From Eledone cirrhosa (Eukaryota), in NCBI GenBank assembly GCA_964016885.1, contig OZ024741.1, forward strand, positions 29,078,001-29,142,000: a stretch of DNA of 64,000 bases. Direction: 5' to 3'. The notes beneath the pieces are model-generated. The model was not told where the DNA came from, made no database searches, and saw nothing but the letters and a program-made list of their open reading frames with translations. Position 1 is the first letter of the stretch, and each line of letters opens with the position of its first letter. The position numbers were made by a program, and so were the translations under genes. Below are positions 13,387-25,949 of the stretch, one piece after another.

Positions 13387-15134
13387 CCTGCCATAAGACC
13401 AGAAAAAGAGAGAAAAACACTAAGCCATTAAACTTGGTTTTCAGACGTAAATAACCAACTGGGGAAAAACCTTAACGGCCTTTAATATTGCCTTATCTTA
13501 TAACTATCTATAGAACGAATAACGCTCGAATGAATGACACTTGTTCAATAACACGCTGACACTTGATACACATAACATAATATTATTAACTTTGATCCAT
13601 ACCATTATTTCTCTATCTTTATTTTCCTATCTAAGTTTTAATGTTAGTTTAAATATCCAACCTGTAAATTTTTACGGAACTTATTTTTAACTGTGAATCA
13701 TTCATGTGTTTACATTTTTTATTTATAATATGTATGTACTTATCTTTTGTAAGTTTTTAAATATACCTACCTTTATTTTTCTATCCATGATTCAAATATA
13801 GTGCAAATATCCAACCTGTAAATTTTTACGGACCTTGTTTTGAACTGTGAATTATCCATGCATTTATTATTATTTTTTTATATATATGTATGTATTTAAC
13901 TGTAGCACGTTGAAACCTATTATATAAGATTATAATCGTTATCATTTACCAAAACTATACTGTATCACTAATACTTAGTATATCTCTCTATACCTAATTT
14001 TTAGATAACTTTTAAATTTTTAGATTATTTATTTTGAGCTGTGAATAATTCATGCCTTTACACTCTTTTATATATATGTATCTATTTAACTTTAGCATGC
14101 TTGAATCTATTATTTTATATTAGTTATCATTTACCTAAAGTATACTGGATCATTAATATTTAATATATCTCTCTATACCTAATCTTTATTTTTGCAAATA
14201 AGTGTATCTGTATAATAATATAATCTTATTATTAGTTACGTATATCTCAGCTTTTTTTTTTTTTTTGCATATATATCTATAGTGTATTATAACATAATTA
14301 CCGTTTAGTTTAACGTATAGTTTGTACAAATATATAGTTTGTGCAAATATAGATATTTGTGCAATAGCATATTTATTATTCCTATCCTGAAAGTAGAACT
14401 TATATAGAGATTTAATATAATGTAACAAATATTAATTTATTACCATAATTCCACACACTTATATATATATAAGTTGCTGAAAACTCTGCGTTAATCATTA
14501 CACTAACTACTTGACAATTAATTTTTAGATATTTCTAACAATAAGTACTTCATAAGCTTTACATACCGAAAATGTTGACAATTTTATAGTTAATTTCCGT
14601 TAAAGATTACATTTAGGAAAATATTCAACAGTGTAAATTTTCCTTTCGCTGGCCAGGTAAATCCTTTAAATTTTATCCTCATAACATTCAGAAGTTTAGA
14701 AATGTTAACACATTTATAGAATTTATAAAATTAATAAATATAAATAACCATCAACTTTAAAAAAAAACTAAAATCTTGATTCTTCACCCTTAAAATAACA
14801 TAAATTAAATATTTTGAAACTTAACCGTTTAGCTTTTAGGGAAAAAAATCTTTTTCTGCATATATTACTCTTTAAATATTCTATCAGTTGTCTCCATAAA
14901 CAGTTATAATTCAAGAGACGTTTTCCTAGATAACCATAACTTGTAGTATCCCACATTTTAAAATCTCTATAGCTGTCACATTAACCAACGTTTTTATTAC
15001 TCATACATTCTCTATTGAATTTATTACGTTTTCGCATTTTCTCATTAATAGGGTATAAATGTTGAGTTTTCTCTTAGGTTAATCACTACCTTCATTAAAT
15101 CTTAACCATTTAACATCTCAGGGTGTATCATTAT

Positions 15135-15187
15135 ATTTTGTCTGATGAGGACGTACTGTTGTACCTCTGAAATATGTATAATAAAAT
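15135..15187 (+). ncRNA. Minimal type-I hammerhead ribozyme
   Basis: AUUUUGU-CUGAUGA-GGACGUAC(UGUU)GUACCUCU-GAAA-UAUGUA-UA-AUAAAAU. Core intact, stems I and II pair, stem III near-palindromic. Confidence 0.75.
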
Positions 15188-15420
15188 TTAATTGATCGAA
15201 AGAACATCTATTTTATTAATATTTGTATTTTAATATTAATAACTCTCGAAAATTTATTGTCCTGTAGAGTGATTCCAATCTACTTTAAAACTCATTCTTT
15301 GATGTACTCATTGAATCTTGTTTAATTCTTTAATATATATATATATATATATACACGTGGGAAAGTAAGAAAGTAAGAAATCGGAGAATAGACCGTTAAA
15401 ACATGTTTATTTAAAACAGC

Positions 15421-15460
15421 ACCTACGTACGTTTCGCCCAGTTGGGCTTCTCAAGGATAT
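15421..15460 (-). ncRNA. Hammerhead-like variant motif
   Basis: CUUGAGAA-GCCC(AACU)GGGC-GAAA-CG-UA; perfect stem II, non-canonical 5' core. Confidence 0.4.
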
Positions 15461-15695
15461 AAATAACTAAAAGTGTTCCTTACATTGCTCGGAAAGAGTT
15501 TTTTGGGTTAAATTCACGTCAAGGTTCATTTCCCGCAAAAATAGCTTGTTTTGATTTTGCAGCAAGTCAAGGGAGGTAACTCTGGCCGGTGTTAGGGCAG
15601 TCTTTCCCGGACAAATTTTTATCCTTTACAAGATGAGCTTACAACCTTACCATTGTCGATACGCACAGGGTCATGTACCCAACGCTTATTTTGAG

Positions 15696-15740
<45 letters not shown>

Positions 15741-15748
<8 letters not shown>

Positions 15749-17002
15749 CGTAAAATAAGAAAATATAAAAAAAAAAAAAAAAAATTAACTTACTTAAATT
15801 TTCACTCCAACTAATTAGTTTCTGTAATGGGATAAAGACAGTTACGTAATGAACTGTTGAGAATTTCATTGCGTCATCAGGGAGATCTATTCTCAGCCAA
15901 GTCTCCAGGCAATGCGCGGACACTGGGGACTCATATAAAAATAATAATAATTCGGTAAATGGAACAGCTATCGAGGACTGGATTCCAGGCACTGAAAATT
16001 CTCACTGCCACTGGTCATATGGCCGATTCTAAAGAATCAATCACGTGACACAGAGGCTAGTCTGTAGGAATGGGATGGTAAGATGACAGACGCCTACTAA
16101 CACCCCCAAAAAATTTAGAAGTGGTTTTGGCAGGTTTGCTCGACAAATCAGTGATTTGGAGATAAATATAGATAATTTAATATATCTACTAACATAAGCG
16201 CACAGATGTACGCTAATGCCAGCAAATACACAGGTTATGTCATAGTACCTAGGTGGTTCAATGCAGGAGGATGCAGAACAATAATATAAAAGACGTAAAA
16301 TAAGAACATTTTTTAAAAAAATTTTCTTATTTTACGTCTTTTATATTATTGTTCTGCAACCTCCTGCATTGAACCACCTAGGTACTATGACATAACCTGT
16401 GTATTTGCTGGCATTAGCGTACATCTGTGCGCTTATGTTAGTAGATATATTAAATTATCTATATTTATCTCCAAATCACTGATTTGTCGAGCAAACCTGC
16501 CAAAACCACTTCTAAATTTTTTGGGGGTGTTAGTAGGCGTCTGTCATCTTACCATCCCATTCCTACAGACTAGCCTCTGTGTCACGTGATTGATTCTTTA
16601 GAATCGGCCATATGACCAGTGGCAGTGAGAATTTTCAGTGCCTGGAATCCAGTCCTCGATAGCTGTTCCATTTACCGAATTATTATTATTTTTATATGAG
16701 TCCCCAGTGTCCGTGCATTGCCTGGAGACTTGGCTGAGAATAGATCTCCCTGATGACGCAATGAAATTCTCAACAGTTCATTACGTAACTGTCTTTATCC
16801 CATTGCAGAAACTAATTAATTGGAGTGAAAATTTAAGTAAGTTAATTTTTTTAAAATTTTTTTTAAAATTTTCTTATTTTACGTCTTTTATATTATTGTT
16901 CTGCATCCTCCTGCATTGAACCACCTAGGTACTATGACATAACCTGTGTATTTGCTGGCATTAGCGTACATCTGTGCGCTTATGTTAGTAGATATATTAA
17001 AT

Positions 17003-17005
<3 letters not shown>
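15741..17005. repeat. Approximately 1.15-kb spacer-less palindrome of a non-coding interspersed element with a terminal direct repeat
   Basis: Centre at 16314/16315. Arms 15741-16314 and 16315-16890 are nearly identical. 16322-16457 is repeated at 16870-17005. Confidence 0.93.
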
Positions 17006-17082
<77 letters not shown>

Positions 17083-17422
17083 CATATATATATATATACT
17101 GTATATATTTATTTACAGAGAACGAAAGAATACTACGGACAAAAATATGAACTTTCCTCTCTAAACATGTATGTAAAAACTAAACTTTATTTTTCTCCAT
17201 TTTATTATTATTCGTATAAATATGTAATTTAACTGCACTATACACTTCCGTCGTTGAAAAATCATATAAAGCTGAAACTGGTTCACAATAAAATGCGGAA
17301 ATCCCTACTTTATAAATAAATGTTTTGTTATACTGAAAAAATCCCTCCAGCATTTCTACTGTATTTTTTTCCTTTTTACTAGTTGTTTATATATATCAAC
17401 TCGTGTGTCACTTTTCTACATT

Positions 17423-17464
<42 letters not shown>

Positions 17465-17473
17465 ACACACACA

Positions 17474-17581
<108 letters not shown>

Positions 17582-17924
17582 AAGAGAGATAGAGAGAGAG
17601 AGAGTGGCAGAGAGGGAGAGACAGACAAACAAAGAGTTCAACAACGGAATGTTATTTCAATTATAGATCTTCCCAAAATATTAAAGGTGAATTTGTCATC
17701 CACAGGACTTGAAATCAGAGCATAGGGATCCGGAACGAACTGATAGCCCAAATATAAGAGTTTAATGAAAAAACTATACAACTAATGCTACTAAATATGG
17801 CAAAATATGTTAAATAATGGAACCAAAGAGAACACCAGAGTCACAGACGACACGTTACCGAAAGTATTGTAGCTCCATTATAATAGCGGATATTAGAAAC
17901 CATAAAACTAAAGAAAAAAATATG

Positions 17925-18600
17925 TACACATACACATAGACACAGATACATAGGCCCATACACATACACATAGGCATACACATAGACACATACACATAGG
18001 CACATAGGCACATACACATAGACACATACACATAGGCACATACACATAGACACATACACATAGGCACATACACATAGGCACATACACATAGGCACATACA
18101 CATATGCACATACACATAGACACATACACATAGACGCCTGCACATAGAGGCACATACACATACACACAGGCACATACACATAGACACATACACATATTCA
18201 CATACACATAGGCACATACACATAGGCACATACCTATAGACATACACATAGACGCATACACATACAGGCACATATACACATAGACATATACACATATACA
18301 CATAGACACATACACACAGACACATAGATACATACATATACACATACAGGTACATATACATACACATACGCACAGACACATAGATACATACACATACACA
18401 TACATGTACATATACATACACATACACACAGACACATAGATACATACACATACAGGTACATATACATACACATATTTACACGTACACATACACACACATA
18501 TACACATAGGCACATAGAAACATACACATACACATATTTACATACATATATACAAACAAATACACACACACACACACACACACACAGACACACACACACA
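17925..18600. repeat. Approximately 14-bp CACATACACATAG(G/A) minisatellite
   Basis: Directly visible tandem units degenerating into (CA)n. Confidence 0.9.
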
Positions 18601-19082
18601 GATACCCGAGCTCATTATAAACAGTTAGATTAATTCTCATATGATTAATGCAAATGTCAAATTAAGGAAATATTTGAAATAATTTGTTTAAATAACCGTC
18701 GTATTATTGATAGGACTGTTGACACACAATGTGACACACATACACACACACACAGACACACTAACACACTAGCACACACATACACACACACACTTACACA
18801 CTAACACACACAGACACACACACACTCACACACTAACACACACACACACACTAACACACACAGACACACACACACACACTCATACACTCACACACACACC
18901 CACGCACACACACTAACACACACACACACTAACACAGACACACACACTCATACACTAACACACACACACACACTCACACATACACACATACTAACACGCA
19001 CACACACACTAACACGCACATCCACACTAACACACTCACACACTCACAGACTAACACACACAGACACACTCACACACACATA

Positions 19083-19482
19083 CAAGAAGAAGAAAAGAAG
19101 AAGAAAAGAAGAAGAAAAGAAGAAGAAAAGAAGAAGAAAAGAAGAAGATAATGAAGAAAAAGAAAAGAAGAATAAGAAAAGAAAAACAAGAAAAGAAGGA
19201 AAAGAAGACGACGACGAAGAAGAAGAAGAAGCAGAAGACGAAGAAGACAAAGAAGAAGAAGAAGATAAAGAAGAAGAAGAAGAAAAGAAGAAGAAGAAGA
19301 TTAAGAAGAAAAGAAGAACAAGAAGAAGAAAAGAAGAAAAGAAGAAGAAAAAGAAGTAGAAGAAAAGGAAGAAGAGGAAGTAGAGGAAGAAGAAGAAGTA
19401 GAAGAAGAAGGAGAAGAAGAAAAGGGAGAAGAAGAAGAAGAAGAAGAAGAAGAAGAAGGAGAAGAAGAAGAAGAAGAAGAAG
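19083..19482. repeat. GAA-rich microsatellite
   Basis: Directly visible. Confidence 0.95.
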
Positions 19483-20060
19483 ATACACCTCAGCGCTGAG
19501 TGTAAACGTGTTTAGAAGTAAAGACACACACAGACACACTCAGACACACACACACAGAGCCCCCCCCCCCAGACACACCATCGCAAGCACTCCATGAAAC
19601 TATATATACTCACACCAATACACACACATATACACCAATACACATACTATAAACATCTCTCTTTTTCGCACATTCTTATACACACATAAACACACGGCCG
19701 CATGCATATGCATACTTTCGAACACATACATAAACCCACTCACATACACACACATATTCACACGCATATACACGCACAAAGTTCCATTTATTGTAGATTA
19801 GTGGAAAAACTGGAGAAAATGACGGAAGAGGTTGAAAGAAAATAAAATGGAGGAAGAACGATGTTGGTGGCGATAACAGGTGATCTTTGATTAGTGAGAT
19901 TGATGTGGTTGAAGATCAGTTTAAAGTAGGTTTCAAGGGAACTGTTTAGCTGGAGGTGATGGCGGTACCTATGGCGGATGGGGATTTGTTGAAGAAAGAT
20001 GTTTAAATATATTTAAGTGAAAAAACAAATCTGTCTCTGATCGAGACGAGAGTGTAATTG

Positions 20061-20646
20061 AATACATATAAAAATGAGAAAACTCATCGCTAGAACAGCC
20101 GTTAACCCTTTAGCATTTAAACCGGCCGTGTCAGGCTAGAATTCTCTAACCTCTTTCTGTTCAAAGTGGCTGAAACCAACCACTCATACTTATGTTAAGG
20201 TATTGTTCTAAAAATAAATAATATCAAAATTTCATAGATTCGATATTATGTGAGATAATTACGTAAGATAAAGCCTTTTCCATAAAATACAATAGTATAT
20301 ATAGATTAAAGTAAATGGTAAAGGATTAAAACAGCTAAATGCTATCAAAGACAGCGATGGGCAAACGTTCTTCAGAGACCAGTGGCCAGTGGTCAGTGGT
20401 CAACAGAGAGACACTCCATAAGGTGGGTGACAGGCAGATGAAATATAGAAAAGATCGAAAGAGGAGGAGGACAAGTCTTGTCTATATTTCATCTGCCTGT
20501 TACCCAACTTGTGGATTGTCTCTATGTTTACCACTGGCCACTGCTTTCTCTCCTCTGAGGCATTTTTGCCCATCGCTGACTTTTACAGCAGTTAGCTGTT
20601 TTAACGGCTGTTCTAGCGATAAGTTTTCTCATTTTTATATGTATTA
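20061..20646. repeat. Diverged fold-back element; left arm interrupted by a MITE
   Basis: 20061-20105 plus 20330-20455 is the reverse complement of 20475-20646. Confidence 0.85.
20106..20325. mobile_element. piggyBac-type MITE with TTAA target-site duplication
   Basis: TTAA|CCCTTTAGCATTT...AAATGGTAAAGGA|TTAA. The opposite arm shows the empty site with a single TTAA. Second copy at 40482-40685. Confidence 0.85.
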
Positions 20647-20804
20647 AGATATATATTTACTGTGGACTAGGACATTGAGGGAGCTATAGATGTTGAGATA
20701 TTGTAGAGATGGTGAGAAGAAGAAAAAGAAAGGTTGGAAAAGGTAATATTAGACTTTCTTGTAAAAATGATCTTCATTGGATCTGGCGATCAGTATTCTG
20801 TGGC

Positions 20805-21056
20805 TCGATCAACCGAACTACCTTCTCATTGGCTATTAATATCAGTGACTCGACCAACCGAACTACATTCTCATTGGCTATTAATATCAGTGACTCGACC
20901 AACCGAACTACATTCTCATTGGCTATTAATATCAGTGACTCGACCAACCGAACTACCATCTCATTGGCTATTAATATCAGTGACTCGACCAACCGAACTA
21001 CCTTCTCATTGGCTATTAATATCAGTGACTCGATCAACCGAACTACCTTCTCATGG
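20805..21056. repeat. 45-bp tandem repeat, about 5.6 copies
   Basis: Unit CTCGACCAACCGAACTACATTCTCATTGGCTATTAATATCAGTGA. Confidence 0.95.
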
Positions 21057-21332
21057 AATTAGCCCGTATGTGGCTGAATACCCCGCAGACATTTGCACGT
21101 TTAAAGTAATCTTCATACAAAAGTTGTTCCACAAACTCCATGAAAAGTCTCTGTCCTTAAATTACAGGCGGCGTATTCTTTCCTTCTACTATAGTCTAAG
21201 TGTTTAAGTATTCTACAGGTGTAAATTGAATATAATTCGCCAGCGTGATGAAATGTGTGCCATGTCTGGGTCCCAGAATTACTTGTATAGTCTACTAGGT
21301 GGATTTCGACACAGTTTTCATCTACCAGTGAT

Positions 21333-21440
21333 GGCGTGTGGCTGAGTGATTGGATTCACAATCGTGAGGTTGTGAGTTTGATTCCCAGACCGGGCGATGC
21401 GTTATGTCCTTGAGCAAGACACTTTATTTCCCGTTGTTCC
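21333..21440 (+). mobile_element. tRNA-derived SINE fragment
   Basis: Degenerate A and B boxes (GTGGCTGAGTG, GTTTGATTCC) followed by the conserved TGTCCTTGAGCAAGACACTTTA central domain. Confidence 0.65.
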
Positions 21441-21764
21441 TTCTACCTGGAGTTGCGACCGATAGATAGTATTAGCAATTGGAAAGACCAAAGGAAACTT
21501 TGTTTTCTCGGTCTGATTTGACGAAAGTCAATCGTTCCTCTTTCATCTACCCAAATTCTCTTAGAAGAATTGAGTCGACATGAAGCTATGACAAAATACA
21601 TTTTCCCCAGGGGCCATAATTTGGTGTCGTACACATGACGACATGGTTACAAACGGAACCTCTTAACTATTCAACCAGAGCCAGTAGTAGCGTTTGGATG
21701 AGTCTTTGCTAGTAAATTGAATGACACCATTTTGGATGTTGTCTAAGAATGTGTTTTTGTTTGC

Positions 21765-22255
21765 AACAACAACAGCAGCAGCAGCAGCAGTAACAGCAGC
21801 AGTAACAGTAGCAACAGTAACAGTAGCAGCAGTAACAGTAACAACAGCAGCAGCAGTAACAGTAGCAACAGTAACAGTAGCAGCAGTAACAGCAGCAGCA
21901 GTAACAGCAATAATAGCAGCAATAACAGCAGCAATAACAGCAGCAGCAACAGTAACAGCAGTAGCAACAGTAACAACAATAGCAGCAGCAGTAACAGCAG
22001 TAACAGTAACAATAGCAGTAGCAGCAGCAGTAGTAACAACAGCAGCAGCAGTGACAGCAACAGCAGCAACAGCAGCCACAACAGCAGCAGCAACAGCAAC
22101 AGCAAAATTAACAACCACAGCAACAGTTACAGCAGCAACTGTAACAACAATAGTAACAACAGCAGCAGTAACAGCAGCACTAACAGTAACAGCAGCAGCA
22201 ACAGTGCAGCAACAGCAACAACAGCAACAAGACCAGCAGTAGCAACAACAGCAGA
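21765..22255. repeat. Compound (CAG/CAA/GTA) trinucleotide repeat
   Basis: Directly visible. Confidence 0.93.
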
Positions 22256-22327
22256 AGATAATACAACATCCTTTATATGAATTGTAAACCTGTTAAGTAA
22301 GCACTTGAGCTGAATTATAGTCTAAAC

Positions 22328-22558
22328 CTGAAGCGGAAGTTTAGTTTTTGAGATGCAATTCTGGCATGTGAAAATAACCAGATTTTCTGAGCCATTCGCA
22401 GCGTTTGAAGGTCACGTGGTGAATTGTAGAGCAACGCTGTTTCCATGATATATCCAATGATTTTATTCTGAGGTGTTGGAACGAAATATCTTTTCACGTT
22501 CAACAGAAGGAACATTCGACATTCTTTTTGCATAGAATCAATGAATGGAAAGCAGGAT
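22328..22558 (-). CDS. Candidate 231-nt host exon (SCFPFIDSMQKECRMFLLLNVKRYFVPTPQNKIIGYIMETALLYNSPRDLQTLRMAQKIWLFSHARIASQKLNFRF)
   Basis: TTTTGACAG acceptor, CAG|GTTTAG donor, 77 codons open in AT-rich DNA, non-repetitive. Product not recognised. Confidence 0.5.
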
Positions 22559-22665
22559 CTGTCAAAACTACATCAGAAGGAAAACTGTGCGGAAGTCTCG
22601 TGACAACTCAATATTTATATCTTTTATGTCGGATTGTTTGACACGCAAGCCATAACGGCGGGTAG

Positions 22666-22749
<84 letters not shown>

Positions 22750-22786
22750 TAGAGAGAGGGAGAGAAAAAGAGAGAGAGAAATAATA

Positions 22787-22823
<37 letters not shown>

Positions 22824-22898
22824 ATAAGAGAGAGAGAGAGAGAAATTTGAGAGAAAGAATAAGAGAGAGAGAAAGGGAGAGATAGAGAAAGAGAGAGT

Positions 22899-22988
<90 letters not shown>

Positions 22989-23570
22989 GCAGAGAAAGTA
23001 TATAAGTTTAAGTAACACCAAAGTTCAAAGAATGCTTGTCGCTTAGAGAGAAGTCAACACATGCTACAGAGAGAACCGAAATTGTATATAAAAGGAATAT
23101 GAAAAATTGGTAGGGGTGTAAGAAAGCCTAACTAGGCAAAGGAAATAACAAACAAAATATAAAAATAATAACTTGCTAAAAGCGGAGGCTAGATGAAAGG
23201 AAAGAGTGTTGCGAAAGATTCACTTCTAAATATATCCAGAAGATTATCTGTTCTGGGATATATAGTAACGAATAAATATTTAGAAGTGTGTCGACAGGAC
23301 CTCAACAATTCGAATCTTTTATTTAAGATCTGCAACTTGTTAGATGGTTCTGTAATTGCCGTATGTATATTTAATTCTTTATAAAATGTCTTTCTTTTGA
23401 TCTATTTACTGTGAAATACTCTCACTATTATAAAATACAACTGATTTAAAATCAGTGATATTTTCAATCGTAACGAGATCAGATTGGAACCATACTTAAC
23501 TAATAGACAAATAAACGTATTTAAGACTATTCAACAGAATTCGTAATATAATCGGCTTGTCTTCCCACAG

Positions 23571-23689
23571 TCCTGGCGGACACAATGGAGAAGGCGTTTC
23601 CCCGAAGGACAGCAAGGGAGACGCGCTGGAAAAGCCACTCCTACTCGCGGGGCACACACCTGCGGCTGGCCAGCTCAGCGCCTATGGTG
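23571..23689 (+). CDS. Candidate 119-nt GC-rich exon (possibly PGGHNGEGVSPKDSKGDALEKPLLLAGHTPAAGQLSAYG)
   Basis: CTTGTCTTCCCACAG acceptor and GTG|GTGAGT donor bound a GC-rich island. All three frames are open. Confidence 0.45.
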
Positions 23690-23835
23690 GTGAGTAGGAA
23701 AGATGTGCAACTCGTGAAGTAAAATGATAAACTTCTATTTGTACAATTTTCCAATTTTTCATTCAAAACGAACTATGTATAAATAATAAAACGTCAAATA
23801 AATAAACAATTTAATTTTAAACGCAATTGATCTTA

Positions 23836-24129
23836 CTAATTTTTAAACCAAATATACTTGGAGAAGCTTGTTGAAACTATGTTAACCCGATGTTTGAAAG
23901 AGTGAATGTGTTGGTAAAAGTGACTCCTGAATTTCTTTTCAGCCAATCCGATACACGACTTGGTCACATTGTTATTAAACAATTGTAACTTACCACAATA
24001 AACCAAGGTTACTGAAAAACAATTAGCGTTAGGGGGATAATTATTTCGAACTATAAAACTCCAGGTAGTTGAAGAGAGTGTATTGTTGATATTAAAACAC
24101 ATTTTAAATCGAAATAGATAATTAAGCAA
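23836..24129 (-). pseudogene. Decayed PLE GIY-YIG fragment
   Basis: LVYCG...CIGLAEKKFRSHFYQHIHSFKH...STSFSKYIW is similar to 12787-13386. Confidence 0.75.
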
Positions 24130-24524
24130 ATAAACTATTTACAGCAATAACCATCTTTAATCGAATTACTGTTTAAAACCTTATGATATATATGATTATG
24201 ACAATAAATTTAAGGAATCCTAACGTTTAACTCGAATTTAATTTGAACCATACTTCAAAATAATTTTGGTTTGTTTTATATTTTGGGAAATTAGAACATA
24301 AAATACGTTGTATTTTATCTGGAAAGCCATTATTGTTAAGTCATTTTTATATCAAATAAGAGGGGTTAATAAACTAGGTAGAGAGGTCAGTTAAAAAAAT
24401 ATATTGAGGTCTCCATTTCATGTCGCAAAAACTGGTGACGGGCCTGCGACTAGTTTTGGGAGGCGTGCGACGAACACATACCTTTTGCGTATCCCGAGAC
24501 CCCAAAGAGGACAGGAAACCCTAG

Positions 24525-24657
24525 GTTAGACTCCGATCAAGTAGTTAGATAGTACCCATGAGCTTGGTTGGTCTCGCTTGGGGATCCAGTCGGATCAATT
24601 GGAGACCCACTCTGCCCCCATGACCCTCTCAAGAAGAAGAAGAAGAAGAAGAAGAAG

Positions 24658-24688
<31 letters not shown>

Positions 24689-24903
24689 GGAAAAAGAAGA
24701 AGAAAAAGAAGAAGAAGAAAAAGAAGAAGAAGGAGAAGAGAAGGGAGAGGAAGAGAAGAAGAAGAAGAAGAAGAAGACGAAGAAGAAAACGAAGAAGAAA
24801 AAGAAGAAAAAGAAGAAAAAGAAGAAAAAGAAGAAAAAGAAGAAAAAGAAGAAAAAGAAGAAAAAGAAGAAGAAAAAGAAGAATAAAAAGAAGAAAAAGA
24901 AGA

Positions 24904-24957
<54 letters not shown>
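24525..24957 (+). mobile_element. RTE 3' fragment with GAA and TAA tails
   Basis: CATGAGCTTGGTTGGTCTCGCTTGGGGATCCAG matches 11013-11045 and is followed by (GAA)n. Confidence 0.75.
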
Positions 24958-25949
24958 GGGAAGAAGACGCACGAGGTGGTAGAAGGTCATGAAATCGCCT
25001 CCGTAAGTTTTTGATTTTTAACATATTTAAATCAATTGTGAAATAACAATTCTTAGTAAAAATGTTGCATAAACCACCGATTGAGGTCCCATAAAGTTTC
25101 GGATCCATATTATATTGTTGTATCGCTCAAATATTCAATTTTGTATTATATATTTTGTAATAAAAAAAAGAAAATGGTTATAAATGGAAGAAAACACCCT
25201 CTGTCTACACTATATAGAACAGCCAAATAACAGCAATTTCACCAACACCAGAAACTTGATACACCACCTATCCCATCACACTAAATATAATAGCCAGATA
25301 ACGGCAATTTCACCACCACCACCATCAATCCCAGCGTCATAATAATAATTACTATTATTATTGTCTCAAATTTTAACAAAATGTTTAATTCCAATTTTAC
25401 GGGAATATGTCAACACAATATATAATAAAAATATATATTAAACATACGAACACAAACTCATAGATACTACATATCAGTAACGACAACGCCACCGCTTCCA
25501 CCACCCCACCCCATCCATCACTGCTACCACTATCCCATCGCCGCCGCCACCACTCCTTCATTGCTACCACCACTATTCCCCTGTTAACTTGAGAGAGAAA
25601 GGGGAAGGTGGCGGTATCACTAGACAAGCGAGAGGCTAGCAAAAGATATAAATATATTGACTTAGTGACCTCGCCACCGGCCAAACGTCAACATCAACAA
25701 CTATGGGACTACTGGCTCACCCCTTCCTCACCAACAATATAAAAAGCCCCGGCACCACCACCGACATAGCCAACAACAATAACAGCCAACTACAACAAAA
25801 AGTATATTATATTATTGTAATGCACTGGGTGATTGCTGGCCTTGTGCCTGGAGTGGAGACAGTTATTAATAATCTCATTCTTAAGCCACGCAATGCTCAC
25901 ATTAAGGAACCACACATGATAATAACAATTTAAAAAAAACAACAAAAAG

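Larger units (their letters stand above)
12420..15330 (+). mobile_element. 5'-truncated Penelope-like element with an inverted segment at its 5' side
   Basis: GIY-YIG ORF 12787-13386; 12420-12718 is the reverse complement of 13283-13585; hammerhead at 15135-15187. The 3' boundary is uncertain. Confidence 0.7.

Noticed and set aside
15639-16919. Duplicated gene pair MPGIQSSIAVPF...
   Set aside because: The two ORFs are just the mirror arms of the palindrome, with GTG starts and no recognisable domain.
20709-21207. ORFs with 15-aa repeats or a mini CRISPR
   Set aside because: Plain 45-bp tandem repeat, open in several frames, no spacers.
21443-21745. Additional minus-strand exon
   Set aside because: All three frames from the best acceptor hit stop codons before a donor.
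21663-22242. Mucin- or antifreeze-like Thr/Ala/Val protein
   Set aside because: Compound trinucleotide microsatellite open on both strands.
23193-23384. Coding exon
   Set aside because: Contains a local hairpin (CACTTCTAAATAT...ATATTTAGAAGTG) and no consistent splice phase.
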